The position numbers were made by a program, and so were the translations under genes. Positions 50,456 through 60,691 of a DNA stretch of 64,000 bases are shown here, one piece after another (position 1 is the stretch's first letter; each line of letters opens with the position of its first letter). The notes below the pieces were generated by a model. That model was not told where the DNA came from, did not search any database, and worked only from the letters and a program-made list of their open reading frames with translations. Origin of the DNA: Patescibacteria group bacterium (GTDB lineage: Bacteria > Patescibacteriota > Minisyncoccia > Phycocordibacterales > UBA9973); NCBI GenBank assembly GCA_040390725.1, contig JAZJXT010000001.1:85070-149069 (forward strand), written 5' to 3'.

Positions 50456-51868
50456 ATGATAATGGTGCAGAAAAAAACAAAAAAAGCTAAAAAGCAGGGC
50501 AAGAATTGGAGGAAGTTCTGGAAGCTCGGGATTGATGAATTCAATACCCAGTTTTATGGCGTGTCCAAGGATGGCGAGCTGACTGTTTCAGAGGGGCATC
50601 ATTCCTATAATCTGTCTGACATTGCAAAAAAGTATGGGACACCACTTCAGGTAGTTTTTCCGTTTGTTATCGAAGACCGCTTAAAAGACCTTATTGGTTA
50701 TTTTCAAGCGTACATGAAAATTTATGGTTATAGAGGAAAATTCTTTTATCATTATCCAATGAAAGTAAATCAAAATAAAGAATTTATTTTACCGCTTCTT
50801 TCCGAGGGTGCGAATTTGGAAGTAACTTCCGCAAATGAACTTTGGATCGTAAAGAAACTTTGGGAGCGTGAAAAATTTAGCGAAAAGATTCGTGTTCTTT
50901 GCAATGGTCCAAAGACTGACCAATACCTCGATCTTATCGAAGAACTTCGCGCGAAGGGGATGAACATTGTTCCTATCATTGAAGGTCCGGAAGAAATTGA
51001 AAGAATTTCTAAACATAAAGGTGATATTGGTTTGCGTGTTGATTTGTCTATAAAAGCAGATACTCATTGGGATAAAAAATTTGATCGCTTTGGTCTTTCA
51101 GAAAAAGACGCGCTTGATTTGAGTAAAATGAAGAATTTAAAAGTAATGCACTATCATCTTGGTTCTCAAATCAAAACTCAAAAAAGTATTCTCGATGGAG
51201 TAAAGCATGGATTTTCTATTTATACGCAATTACAAAAAATACATCCGAATTTGGATACATTAGATATAGGAGGAGGATTTAGCATACCTTATGAAAAGAA
51301 AAAGTTTTATGTTGCAAAAGGTGTGACAAGTAAGATCGTAAGATTATTAAAAAACTTGTCAGACAAGGCTGGTATCAGGCATCCCAATTTGGCTGTAGAA
51401 TGGGGTCAGTATATCGTGGCTCCCGCACAAGTGACTATTTATAAAGTTATTTCTGAAAAAGATATTCCAAAAGCAAATGCAAAATCTTGGTATATTATTG
51501 ATGGGTCATTTATGAATGACTTGAAAGATACTTGGGCTATACACCAAAAATGGCATGTGATTCCTGCCAATAATATGCAGGAAAATTTAAAGACTGTATG
51601 GCTCGCGGGTAGTACTTGTGATTCTGATGATAAATATACTGCCGGCGGGAATTATATTTTGATGCCGAAAAATTCTGAAAATAGAGATCAACAGCTAATA
51701 GCAGTGCTAGACACCGGTGCATATCAAGAGGGTTTGGCATCGCACCATTGTCTGTTGTCTGCTCCGATGAAAATCGCCTTACAGGATGGAATGATAAAAA
51801 TAATTCGCAAGCGTGAGACTGCAGATGCTATCGGTAAAATGTTTGGCTGGAATGGTGATCATAAATAA
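50456..51868 (+). CDS. PLP-dependent arginine decarboxylase-like protein (short SpeA type)
   Basis: YPMKVNQ PLP-lysine motif, CNGPK, HYHLGSQI, LDIGGGF, TCDSDD, GAYQE. Confidence 0.85.
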   Translation: MIMVQKKTKKAKKQGKNWRKFWKLGIDEFNTQFYGVSKDGELTVSEGHHSYNLSDIAKKYGTPLQVVFPFVIEDRLKDLIGYFQAYMKIYGYRGKFFYHYPMKVNQNKEFILPLLSEGANLEVTSANELWIVKKLWEREKFSEKIRVLCNGPKTDQYLDLIEELRAKGMNIVPIIEGPEEIERISKHKGDIGLRVDLSIKADTHWDKKFDRFGLSEKDALDLSKMKNLKVMHYHLGSQIKTQKSILDGVKHGFSIYTQLQKIHPNLDTLDIGGGFSIPYEKKKFYVAKGVTSKIVRLLKNLSDKAGIRHPNLAVEWGQYIVAPAQVTIYKVISEKDIPKANAKSWYIIDGSFMNDLKDTWAIHQKWHVIPANNMQENLKTVWLAGSTCDSDDKYTAGGNYILMPKNSENRDQQLIAVLDTGAYQEGLASHHCLLSAPMKIALQDGMIKIIRKRETADAIGKMFGWNGDHK

Positions 51869-51869
51869 T

Positions 51870-52310
51870 ATGAAAAAAAGTTTTTACTGGTTGATAGTGG
51901 TAATTGTTATTTTTTTGGGTTTTTTGTTTTTGCAAAATAAACATGCTCCCGATTTTCACTATGTGAAAATCGGGAGCCAAACACTCAAAGTAGATTTGGC
52001 TTTGACTAATGCAGAACAGGAACAGGGACTTTCTGGCAGGTCAATTTTAGCAGAAGATGAAGGAATGCTTTTTGTTTTTAAGCAACCATCAAAAAATCTT
52101 TTCTGGATGAAAGATATGAATTTCTCGATAGACATGATTTGGTTTGATCAAAATATGAAAGTAATTTATATGCAGAAAAATGCGACACCGGAATCATATC
52201 CAGGAACCTTTGGACCGGATGGAAATTCTAAATATGTTTTAGAAGTAGTTTCTGGTTTTTCAGATAAGAATCATCTCCAGGTAGGGGATAAAATTGAGAT
52301 TATTAGATAG
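51870..52310 (+). CDS. DUF192 family protein
   Basis: GLSGR..GMLFVF..FWMKDMNFSIDMIW..YVLEV; start moved to ATG 51870. Confidence 0.88.
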   Translation: MKKSFYWLIVVIVIFLGFLFLQNKHAPDFHYVKIGSQTLKVDLALTNAEQEQGLSGRSILAEDEGMLFVFKQPSKNLFWMKDMNFSIDMIWFDQNMKVIYMQKNATPESYPGTFGPDGNSKYVLEVVSGFSDKNHLQVGDKIEIIR

Positions 52311-52368
52311 GGAGTAAAGAAAATGTTTTTGATTTTTAGGTCGGGGGTATTTTGTAGTAAGTATTAAT

Positions 52369-55300
52369 TTAAGCTTTACTATTTACATAAACCTTCCTTC
52401 CAACATACACAAGACCTGCCGCTACTAATATCAATATCAAGATATTTATAGGAGTGGATTTGATATGCGTAACACTAGAGATGGCATTCGCTGTTAATCC
52501 AAGCATACTGTTGTCTGTTGTTGTGGGCGCAGGAGCAACCGTGCTTGTGTCTACTGTAGTTGTTAAATCTGCTCCAGCTGTTGTTCCTGTGTCTGTTGTA
52601 GTGCCAGATCCAGAAGTAGATACTGATGTTGTGCTTGTTGTTGTATTTTTTGTACTTGTCTTTGTAGAAGTTTTTGTTGCTGTTGCTGTGTCTGTAGATT
52701 TGGTCGTAGTGGTTGTATTAGTTGTAGTATCAGCAGGTTTTATTGTCGTTGTATCTTTTGTGGCTGTATCTGTAATTATATTTTGTGTTCCTTGATTAGG
52801 GTTAGTAGTTGTATCTGTATTTGTTCCCGTGTCTCCTGTAAAATTTCCGCCACTATTTCTCCTTATTGTATATGCAAAAGATCCAACAGCTGACATATTT
52901 AATGCATCATCACAGCCAACTGCTTGAATAGTTTGAGTTGAAGATACAGAAATTGCTCCTGAGTACAGAGTACCCACTGTGCATGACGGAGCTGTTGTTC
53001 CATCAGTTGTATAATAAATTTTTGTAGAACCAGTAGAAGAAAGAGTTACTGATTGAGTACCAGTGAATGTTCCAGCAGCTGGGGTCGCAGTAGGAGTTAA
53101 TGGGTTGCATGCAGTTGTATTGAAATTAGATTCATTACCTACGCTTGTTCCATTTGTGTTTGTAGCATATGCTCGGAAATAATATTTAGTACCGCAAGTT
53201 AGGCTTGAAAGGTCAGAAGAGAAGGAACCTATATTAAAAGGAGCGTTAGTATTGTCCACAGTTACATTTGGATTATAGTCAGCAATGTCAGTTGAAGTTG
53301 GATGTGAGGTTGTGTCGTAACCGAAGCCTCGTATTGTGACACTTGAACCTCCGGTATCGTAAATAGTGCCATTGACTGTAGAGGTATTGGCAGTAGGAGG
53401 GGTGACGTATAAATTTAGGAAACCAATATTGCTTGTACCGTGGGTTTGGATAGGAGTAAGACTATTCGTGGTAGTATTGTTGCCCAGTTGACCAACGCTA
53501 CTATCCCCCCACGCCCAGACTGTGCCGTCAGATTTAAGGGCGAGGGAAAAGTCAGCTCCATTAGTAATAGAAGTAATATCAGTTAAGCCAGAAAATTGAA
53601 TAGGGGTATGCCTATCGGTAATTGTGCCGTCGCCTAATTCACCATCGCCATTATAACCCCACTCCCAGACTGTACCGTCATTTTTTACAGCAAAAGAATG
53701 ATATTCACCTGTAGGAATATTAGTAATACCCGTAAGTCCAGAAACTTGAACGGGAGTATGTCTGTCAGTAGTTGTACCGTCACCTAGCTGACCAAAATCA
53801 TTTCTTCCCCATGCCCAGACTGTGCCGTCGGATTCTAGAGCGAGGGAACGGAAAGCACCAGTAGAAATCTTAGTAATACCCGTAAGCCCGGAAACTTGAA
53901 CAGGAGAAAGTCTATTGGTTATTGTGCCGTTGCCTAATTCACCAAAACCATTATAACCCCAAGCCCATACTGTACCGTCGGATTCTAGGGCGAGGGAGTG
54001 ATCTGTCCCAATGGAAGCAGAGATAGCAACAACTCCATTAAGACTAGAAACTTGAACTGGTGTAAGTCTGTCGGTTGTTGTGTTATCACCCAACTGACCA
54101 ACCCTGTTGCTTCCCCATGCCCAGACTGTGCCGTCGGATTTGAGGACTATAGAAAAGTCAGATCCACCAGTAATAGAAACAATATCAGTTAAGCCGGAAA
54201 CTTGAATAGGAGTGAGTCTATCAGTTGTTGTACCATCACCGAGTTGACCTTGTCCATTACCTCCCCATGCCCAGACGGTACCGTCGGATTTTAGAGCTAG
54301 GGAATGATCATGCCCTCCGGCAATATTAGTAATACCTGAAAGTCCGGAAACTTGAACAGGAGTAAGTCTATTAGTTGTTGTACCGTCACCTAATTTACCA
54401 AAATCATTTTGTCCCCACGCCCAGACGGTACCGTCGGATTTTAGAGCTAGGGAATGATCTACGCCTGCAGAAATTGTAGCAGTAAAAGTCGTAAGGCTCG
54501 GCTTAGCACATATGCTAGTTGTAAAGTTTAATATATTTCCATCTCCTTCACCATCATTAGATTTTGCATATGCTTGGTAGTCGTATTGTGTATTACAAGC
54601 AAGAGTTGTCACTATTGCGGAAAATCCTCCCACGCCTAAGCCTGTACTTAAAGTTAAAGACTGAGAAAGAACTTGACCATGAACACCATAATGAAATCCT
54701 TTCTCTGTTAAGCTAGATGATCCTTGTGAAATAATATTTCCTTGAAGTTGCCCAGAACTTCTTGTGATACTTGTCGCAACGTTAGTTGTAACATTAGGGA
54801 CAGAAGTAATAGCAGATGCACTAGGTCCAGCATTTGAGAAAGTAGAAGTTGCTTGCAGTGTCGGTGCATCTGCTCCGGTAACACCAGTACAACTTGTAGA
54901 GAGAGTACCACAACCATCGGTTGGTTGGTTGGAAGTAGTTGTATTCCAATAAGATCCGCTGATTGTTCCTTGATTAGTTCCTATAAATCCTCCAAACTCA
55001 ACAGTTCCTCCGCTTACATTACCAGAAGCGTACGAGTTTGTAATTGTTGCTCCACTTGAACTGCTTCCTACAAGTCCTCCAACATGCATTACACCACTTA
55101 CATTTCCTGTGGCATAAGAGTTAGAAATGGTAGCATTACTATTTCCGTCATTAAAACCAACCAAGCCTCCTGCGTTAGAATCAGTACATGTAACTGTTGC
55201 CGTAGAATAAGAATTCGTTATTGTTGCAGTATTGGACCCAACTAATCCTCCCACAGCACTGCTCCCAGTAACTGATCCGGTAGAATAAGAATTCGTTATT

Positions 55301-55734
55301 GTTTTAAAGTTAACTCCAGCTAAAATACCGACACCGCTATTGCCTGAAATATTCGCATTTATTATTCCAATATTGCTTATAGTTCCAGCTTGTATACCGA
55401 ATAGGCCTACAAAGTTAGTACTAGACATATTGATAGTTAGTCCGGAAACTTTAAATCCATTTCCATTTAGTGCTCCAGAAAAGGCAACATCATTATCTCC
55501 CACAGGAGTGAATGTAGTAGTGCTACAATCAATGTCATTAGCCAATTGATAACTTCCAGAAAGGTTAAGATTCATGTTTTGCAAGTCCTGGCAAGTGGTG
55601 ATGATAGTCGTAGGGGATGATGCAAAAGCAACACTAAAACCAGCACTAAATCCTGTGCTAATAAAAGCGACCAAAGTGAAAACTGATGTGATTTTTTTTA
55701 TAATATTTTTCATAATTTTTTTGTCTCCACGCAA
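52369..55734 (-). CDS. Large surface protein: GLUG-like repeats, FN3-like domains, RCC1 beta-propeller, chitobiase-like domain, Thr-rich stalk, C-terminal TM
   Basis: VGGLVG repeats; about 7 [20 protein letters not shown] repeats; IYYTTDGT; C-terminal hydrophobic anchor. Confidence 0.85.
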   Translation of the reverse strand: MRGDKKIMKNIIKKITSVFTLVAFISTGFSAGFSVAFASSPTTIITTCQDLQNMNLNLSGSYQLANDIDCSTTTFTPVGDNDVAFSGALNGNGFKVSGLTINMSSTNFVGLFGIQAGTISNIGIINANISGNSGVGILAGVNFKTITNSYSTGSVTGSSAVGGLVGSNTATITNSYSTATVTCTDSNAGGLVGFNDGNSNATISNSYATGNVSGVMHVGGLVGSSSSGATITNSYASGNVSGGTVEFGGFIGTNQGTISGSYWNTTTSNQPTDGCGTLSTSCTGVTGADAPTLQATSTFSNAGPSASAITSVPNVTTNVATSITRSSGQLQGNIISQGSSSLTEKGFHYGVHGQVLSQSLTLSTGLGVGGFSAIVTTLACNTQYDYQAYAKSNDGEGDGNILNFTTSICAKPSLTTFTATISAGVDHSLALKSDGTVWAWGQNDFGKLGDGTTTNRLTPVQVSGLSGITNIAGGHDHSLALKSDGTVWAWGGNGQGQLGDGTTTDRLTPIQVSGLTDIVSITGGSDFSIVLKSDGTVWAWGSNRVGQLGDNTTTDRLTPVQVSSLNGVVAISASIGTDHSLALESDGTVWAWGYNGFGELGNGTITNRLSPVQVSGLTGITKISTGAFRSLALESDGTVWAWGRNDFGQLGDGTTTDRHTPVQVSGLTGITNIPTGEYHSFAVKNDGTVWEWGYNGDGELGDGTITDRHTPIQFSGLTDITSITNGADFSLALKSDGTVWAWGDSSVGQLGNNTTTNSLTPIQTHGTSNIGFLNLYVTPPTANTSTVNGTIYDTGGSSVTIRGFGYDTTSHPTSTDIADYNPNVTVDNTNAPFNIGSFSSDLSSLTCGTKYYFRAYATNTNGTSVGNESNFNTTACNPLTPTATPAAGTFTGTQSVTLSSTGSTKIYYTTDGTTAPSCTVGTLYSGAISVSSTQTIQAVGCDDALNMSAVGSFAYTIRRNSGGNFTGDTGTNTDTTTNPNQGTQNIITDTATKDTTTIKPADTTTNTTTTTKSTDTATATKTSTKTSTKNTTTSTTSVSTSGSGTTTDTGTTAGADLTTTVDTSTVAPAPTTTDNSMLGLTANAISSVTHIKSTPINILILILVAAGLVYVGRKVYVNSKA
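53460..54470 (-). repeat. About 150-bp tandem coding repeats (RCC1 blades)
   Basis: Recurrent CCCAGAC(G/T)GT(A/G)CCGTCGGATT units. Confidence 0.85.
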
Positions 55735-55867
55735 AACATGGAAGACTTAATTTATAATATTTTTAATAAGTTATAGGTGCATTGTATCATAGTGAGCTTT
55801 AAAAGTCAAGCGAAATTGGTAATATGCACACACATATGGCGGTCTTATGAATCCGCCCTTATTTTAC

Positions 55868-55896
55868 TTGCTATTTTTAGGCTTATATATTATAAT
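55868..55896 (+). promoter_or_regulatory. rnpB promoter
   Basis: TTGCTA-17-TATAAT. Confidence 0.7.
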
Positions 55897-55902
55897 TAGA
55901 AA

Positions 55903-56263
55903 GTCTTGAGCTGGATAATCGCGTCCTGAGCTTGTCGAAGGATGAGGAAAGTCCGAACATGGCGAATCCAATTTATTGGAAGGGAATGGTAATGGGTAAT
56001 TCCCATACAGGGCAACCTGCGAGGTGCGAGCAGAGACGCCGATGCCGAAAGGCTAGGGCTCCGACGTAACGTCGGAGCAGTCCAGTGGAAACACTGGGGT
56101 GAAACGGCTAAATCCTTACCCCCATGCAAGATCGTGTCCGCCCACAGCTACACAGTTGCTGGCGGAAGAATCGCTCGACTCCGACGGTAACGTCGGAGCT
56201 AGATAAATGATTATCGTTCCGACCTCGTGTCGGGATACAGAATTCGGCTTATAGGCTTAAGAC
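55903..56263 (+). ncRNA. rnpB: RNase P RNA
   Basis: GAGGAAAGTCCG (55944-55955), ACAGAATTCGGCTTAT (56237-56252), P1 GTCTTGAGCT/GGCTTAAGAC. Confidence 0.95.
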
Positions 56264-56270
56264 AAAACAT

Positions 56271-56301
56271 GAAAAATCCCCTTGCAAGAGGGGATTTTTC
56301 T
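56271..56301 (+). terminator. rnpB terminator
   Basis: GAAAAATCCCCT..AGGGGATTTTTC. Confidence 0.8.
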
Positions 56302-56335
56302 ATTGCTTTTATTTTAAAAATGATATAATAGAAGT

Positions 56336-56734
56336 ATGAATATAAATTTACAAGCAAAAAATATGGAGCTCACTCCTGCCATAGGTGATTATGTTGAGAA
56401 GAGGGTGACCAATTTAGGTAAATTTCTCTCTGGCATAGAGGAAAAAGGCGGTGAGGTAAAAGTTTTTTTTGATGTTGCTAAAACCACTAATCATCACAAG
56501 GGGGGAGAATTTTTTCAAGCAGATTGCTCTATAATAATAGATGGTGATAAATTTTATTCTAAATCAGACAAGGAAGATTTATATGAAGCAGTTGATGATG
56601 TAAAAGAAAATCTTTTCCACGAAATTACCCGTTTTAAGAATCGCCGTGAGAATCTTTTCCGCCGTGGCGCTCGCAGTGTCAAGAAAATGTTGAAAGGTAT
56701 TTCAAAACGTAATCCTCTTACTTCAAAATATTAA
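56336..56734 (+). CDS. hpf: Ribosome hibernation promoting factor / RaiA
   Basis: MNINLQAKNMELTPAI..Y..KR, DLYEAVD. Confidence 0.88.
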   Translation: MNINLQAKNMELTPAIGDYVEKRVTNLGKFLSGIEEKGGEVKVFFDVAKTTNHHKGGEFFQADCSIIIDGDKFYSKSDKEDLYEAVDDVKENLFHEITRFKNRRENLFRRGARSVKKMLKGISKRNPLTSKY

Positions 56735-57560
56735 ATATCTCCCAAGCTATTTCTTTTTTCCCCTCAGGCAGTACCTTTTTTATTTTAAATTCATTATCTT
56801 CCAAGATAGCTTCCGTTATTATTACTCTTTTATTGTCTTTGAAAAAGAAAATTCTTGGCCAGTTGGCATATGCACGAAATTTGTTGTACAAAATTTTTGG
56901 AGGCTCAACCTCCAAATTTACTAGGCCGTCTTCTTTTTTAATTTTTTTACATTGGGTGGCGATATTTTCATCTTGTGGAATTGGTATGATTTTTCCATTT
57001 ATAAAATCCGGTAAAGTTTTTACTAAAAGTTCTGCGCCGATTTTTATCAAGCGTTTGCGCAGGTCAGGAGCTTTTTCATCAGGCAAAATAGCAGTTTTTT
57101 CTTGCGCTATTATGGGTCCGGCATCCATTTTTAGAATCATTTTTTGAATGCTTATACCTGTTTCAGTATCGCCATTTAATATTGCAGATTCTACCGGGGA
57201 CGCTCCGCGATATTTTGGCAGTAAAGAGTAGTGAACATTTATTGCACCTAATTTAGGCATAGCTAAAACTTCTTCAGGTAATTTTTTCCCATATGCTATG
57301 ACTATTAAAATTTGGAAATCAAAAGTTGAAAGTTTAAATGCAAATTCATTGTCAAAAATTTCCGGTTTTAAGCAAGGTATATTATTTGCTTGAGCAAAAA
57401 TAGCAACGGGGGATTCTTGCACTTGTAAGCCACGACCTTTTCTCGCATCAGGGGAAGTTATTATTAAAGATGGAGTGTAGCCATTTTGTTTTAGTATTTC
57501 CAATGTTTCACTCGCTACATCTGGCGTGCCAAAAAATGCAAAATTTATTTTTTCATTCAT
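56718..57560 (-). CDS. fmt: Methionyl-tRNA formyltransferase
   Basis: FFGTP, AYG, NVHYSLLPKYRGASP, MDAG. Confidence 0.96.
   Translation of the reverse strand: MNEKINFAFFGTPDVASETLEILKQNGYTPSLIITSPDARKGRGLQVQESPVAIFAQANNIPCLKPEIFDNEFAFKLSTFDFQILIVIAYGKKLPEEVLAMPKLGAINVHYSLLPKYRGASPVESAILNGDTETGISIQKMILKMDAGPIIAQEKTAILPDEKAPDLRKRLIKIGAELLVKTLPDFINGKIIPIPQDENIATQCKKIKKEDGLVNLEVEPPKILYNKFRAYANWPRIFFFKDNKRVIITEAILEDNEFKIKKVLPEGKKEIAWEIFNILK
56896..56916. repeat. Palindrome TTTGGAGG-CTCAA-CCTCCAAA in fmt
   Basis: Related to 687-709. Confidence 0.65.
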
Positions 57561-57561
57561 A

Positions 57562-58113
57562 TTATTTTTGAGGTTTTTCTTCTTTTACTTCTTTTGCATG
57601 GTCGATAAAAAGAATACCATTCAGATGGTCAGTTTCATGTTGAAAAATTTGCGCCAATAGACCGCTTGCGCCACGAGTAAACTTTTTTCCATTTTCATCG
57701 TATGCCTCGGCTGTGGCTTTGATTGAACGATATGTTTTACCATAGAGCCAGCGCACGGACAGGCATCCTTCAGGTAGCCATTTTTTCTCACGGGATAATT
57801 TTGATATTTTTGGATTTATGAAAACAAGATGTTTTATTTCTTTCGGCTCCCTCTCCTTATTAAGGAGAGGGTTGGGGTGAGGTTCTTCTTTTTTCATAAA
57901 ATCATCTTCAAATATTTTTCCGGAAACTAGAAAAATACGCAATGAGTAGCCTATTTGCGGGGCAGCTATGGCCACACCATCACTTTGGCTCTTGAGAGCT
58001 TCTTCCATTTCTTTTAAGATTTTTTTTATTTTTGGAGTGCAAATATCTTTTATAGGCACCTCTTTGGCGACTTCTCTGAGCACTTTTTCTTCTTTTTGAA
58101 CAATATCCTTCAT
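57562..58113 (-). CDS. def: Peptide deformylase
   Basis: GVAIAAPQIG, EGCLS, QHETDHL. Confidence 0.97.
   Translation of the reverse strand: MKDIVQKEEKVLREVAKEVPIKDICTPKIKKILKEMEEALKSQSDGVAIAAPQIGYSLRIFLVSGKIFEDDFMKKEEPHPNPLLNKEREPKEIKHLVFINPKISKLSREKKWLPEGCLSVRWLYGKTYRSIKATAEAYDENGKKFTRGASGLLAQIFQHETDHLNGILFIDHAKEVKEEKPQK
57849..57884. repeat. REP-like hairpin inside def
   Basis: CCCTCTCCTT-ATT-AAGGAGAGGG-TT-GGGGTGAGGTT, matches 853-891. Confidence 0.85.
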
Positions 58114-58145
58114 TGTTTTTAATGGCTATATTCAGCCTAGAATTA

Positions 58146-59444
58146 TTATTTAATTTCTTTTAAATACTCTACTAGTTTGTCGATTTTTATTGTTTCTTGT
58201 GATCTGTTTGACATGTCGCGTACGATGACAGAATTCTCTAATGCTTCTTTTTGTCCAAAAATAAGCGCGTAGGGAACTTGTACTTTTTCAGCGATGGCGA
58301 GCTGGGCGCCAAGATTATCTTTGGATAGCGATTGAGCCATAGGTATGTGTGCCTTTCGTAAAATTTCTATGACATTTAAGCTTTTTAATTTTGCATCTGC
58401 ACCGAGTTGAATAAAATAAACTTTTGGTTTTTTTAGTATGCGAGGGGAGAGTTTTTTGTACCAAGGTGAAGCCACGATACGGTCGACACCGATAGAAAAT
58501 CCAACTGCGGGTACGTCCTTTTTACTGCCGAGTTGTTTACCTAAATAATCGTATCTGCCTCCGGCAGCGAGAGTGAGGGGTGAGCCATCTTCAGATCCAC
58601 CTTGCTGGATAACTTCAAAAACAGTACGTGTATAGTATGAAAGTCCGCGTACTAGATTTTTATTCATATTATATTGTATTCCCATTTCTTCTAAATACTC
58701 TAAAACTTCTGAAAAATGTTTCTTGCAAGAAGGGCAGAGGAAAGACACAGAGTCCGGAGCATTTTCATTTATTTCTTTTGTTTTTTCTTCTTTTGAGTCC
58801 AGTATTCGAAGAGGATTATTTTTTAATCTCTCACGATCCACAGCAGGCAATTGATTGATATGTTTTCTGTAATAATTTGTCAATTCTTTTATGTAGCCAT
58901 TTCGACATTCTTTGTCGCCGATAGAATTTATGTCTATAGAAAGGTTTTGTGCGCCGGCTTCTTCCAATATAGTCATACCGGTTTTTATGACCAATGCATC
59001 CATGATGCTTTTTTCACTACCGAGAGAGTCAACATCGAATTGGTAAAATTGTCTGTAGCGTCCGCGTTGCGGTTTGTCATGTCTAAATGACGGACCGTAT
59101 TGATAAAACATTACAGGCTGAGGAGTGGCCTGCATGCCGTGTTCTATGTATGCGCGCATGAGTGGGGCAGTGTGTTCCGGACGTAAAGCTAAATGATCTC
59201 CACCTTTTGTCTTTAGGGAATATATTTCCTTATCTATAATGTCAGTACCTTCGCCTATGCCGGAAGTAAAAATTTCTTCATATTCCATGATTGGAGTTTC
59301 AATAGGTTTGAAGCCGTAATACACAGCCACTTCTTGAGCTTTTTCAAAAAATCCTTGAAAGCTGTAGTAATCCTCATTCATTATATCTCTCATTCCTTTT
59401 GGTGATGCGAGATCTTTTGTCATTTTTGTTTTTTTAGGATTCAT
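58146..59444 (-). CDS. hisS: Histidine--tRNA ligase
   Basis: PKGMRD, LRPEHT, FRHDKPQRGRYRQF, LVRGLSYYT, AGGRYD. Confidence 0.97.
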   Translation of the reverse strand: MNPKKTKMTKDLASPKGMRDIMNEDYYSFQGFFEKAQEVAVYYGFKPIETPIMEYEEIFTSGIGEGTDIIDKEIYSLKTKGGDHLALRPEHTAPLMRAYIEHGMQATPQPVMFYQYGPSFRHDKPQRGRYRQFYQFDVDSLGSEKSIMDALVIKTGMTILEEAGAQNLSIDINSIGDKECRNGYIKELTNYYRKHINQLPAVDRERLKNNPLRILDSKEEKTKEINENAPDSVSFLCPSCKKHFSEVLEYLEEMGIQYNMNKNLVRGLSYYTRTVFEVIQQGGSEDGSPLTLAAGGRYDYLGKQLGSKKDVPAVGFSIGVDRIVASPWYKKLSPRILKKPKVYFIQLGADAKLKSLNVIEILRKAHIPMAQSLSKDNLGAQLAIAEKVQVPYALIFGQKEALENSVIVRDMSNRSQETIKIDKLVEYLKEIK

Positions 59445-59448
59445 ATAT

Positions 59449-60057
59449 TTATTCTACTTGTTTGTAATTACCGGGGAGGAATCCGATTTTATTTATTGGT
59501 AAAAGACGTATCAAGGCTCTGCCTACCATCAGATGTTTTGGTACTGGGCCCCAAAACCTGGAATCAGAACTCGCAACTCTGTTGTCGCCCATTACAAAGT
59601 ATTCGTCATTTTTTAATTCGAAATGCACAGTGTCGCTCGCAGGATGTTCTATAAAAGGTTGGTCGAGCTTGAAACCTTGAGGATGTTCTTTGTTGGTAAT
59701 TGTAATTTCGTTTCCTTTTATGTCGACTGTTTCATTGGGTAATCCGATGACTCTTTTTATAAAAAATAATTTTGTGTTATTTGGATATCGAAATATTACT
59801 ACGTCGTCTCTTTTCGGGTTGCCTAGATAGTAAGATATTTCATCCACTATTAAGTATTGTCCGTTTTGAAATGTTGGAACCATTGAAGACCCGGAGACGA
59901 TAAATGGTTGAGCCACAAATATTCGGATAGGGATGACTATGAGTATTGCGATCAAGGCAAAACGAGCTAGTTCCCAAAAAGCTTGCCAGCCACTCTCTTT
60001 TTGTTCTGGGATATTTACATTTTTTAAATTTAAATTATTTATATTTTGTTCTTGCAT
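59449..60057 (-). CDS. lepB: Signal peptidase I
   Basis: SGSSMVPT, FIKRVIGLP, GDNR..SSDSR. Confidence 0.96.
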   Translation of the reverse strand: MQEQNINNLNLKNVNIPEQKESGWQAFWELARFALIAILIVIPIRIFVAQPFIVSGSSMVPTFQNGQYLIVDEISYYLGNPKRDDVVIFRYPNNTKLFFIKRVIGLPNETVDIKGNEITITNKEHPQGFKLDQPFIEHPASDTVHFELKNDEYFVMGDNRVASSDSRFWGPVPKHLMVGRALIRLLPINKIGFLPGNYKQVE

Positions 60058-60153
60058 TGCAACATTGTATCATAAAAAGTTCTTGACAGTGTATATAAAT
60101 TTGTTCTCTAATGCTATTTACCTTTTATGTTTTAACTGATATAATTTGTATAT

Positions 60154-60690
60154 ATGAAAATTGTTGTTGGCTTGGGGAATCCTGGAAAAGAATACGAAAA
60201 TACACGGCACAATGCCGGGCGTATTATTGTTAGCATGATTGAAAAAAAATTACAGCAAAATAGTAAACATAAAATTAAATTTATTTTGCCTGATACTTTT
60301 ATGAATAATTCCGGCAAGGTTGTCGCGCCTTTTGTGAAATCACAAAAAGACCTAAAAGATTTGGTAGTTATTTATGATGATATAGATTTACCTTTGGGGA
60401 AAATTAAAATCTCTTTTAATCGTTCTTCTGGCGGGCATAATGGTTTGGGTTCTATTATCAAATCTTTAAAGACCGAAGAATTTTTGCGAATAAGAATAGG
60501 GTTGTGTCCGACTACGCCGACAGGCAAATTAAAAAAGCCAAAAGGAGAGAAGGCTATTTTAAATTTTCTATTAGGAGAATTCAAGAAATCAGAATTAGAC
60601 GAACTCAAAAAACTTTCCAAAAAAGTGGCAGAAGCCGTAGAAATTATTTTTTCCGAAGGCAAAGATAAAGCAATGAGTTTATTTAATTAG
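60154..60690 (+). CDS. pth: Peptidyl-tRNA hydrolase
   Basis: VGLGNPG..Y..TRHNAG, TFMNNSG, GGHNGL. Confidence 0.96.
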   Translation: MKIVVGLGNPGKEYENTRHNAGRIIVSMIEKKLQQNSKHKIKFILPDTFMNNSGKVVAPFVKSQKDLKDLVVIYDDIDLPLGKIKISFNRSSGGHNGLGSIIKSLKTEEFLRIRIGLCPTTPTGKLKKPKGEKAILNFLLGEFKKSELDELKKLSKKVAEAVEIIFSEGKDKAMSLFN

Positions 60691-60691
60691 T

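Noticed and set aside
53460-54470. RCC1 repeats as DGR template/variable repeats or CRISPR
   Set aside because: In-frame protein repeats, differences not adenine-specific by eye, and no reverse transcriptase nearby.
55896-56129. 77-aa ORF on the - strand
   Set aside because: Antisense to RNase P RNA.
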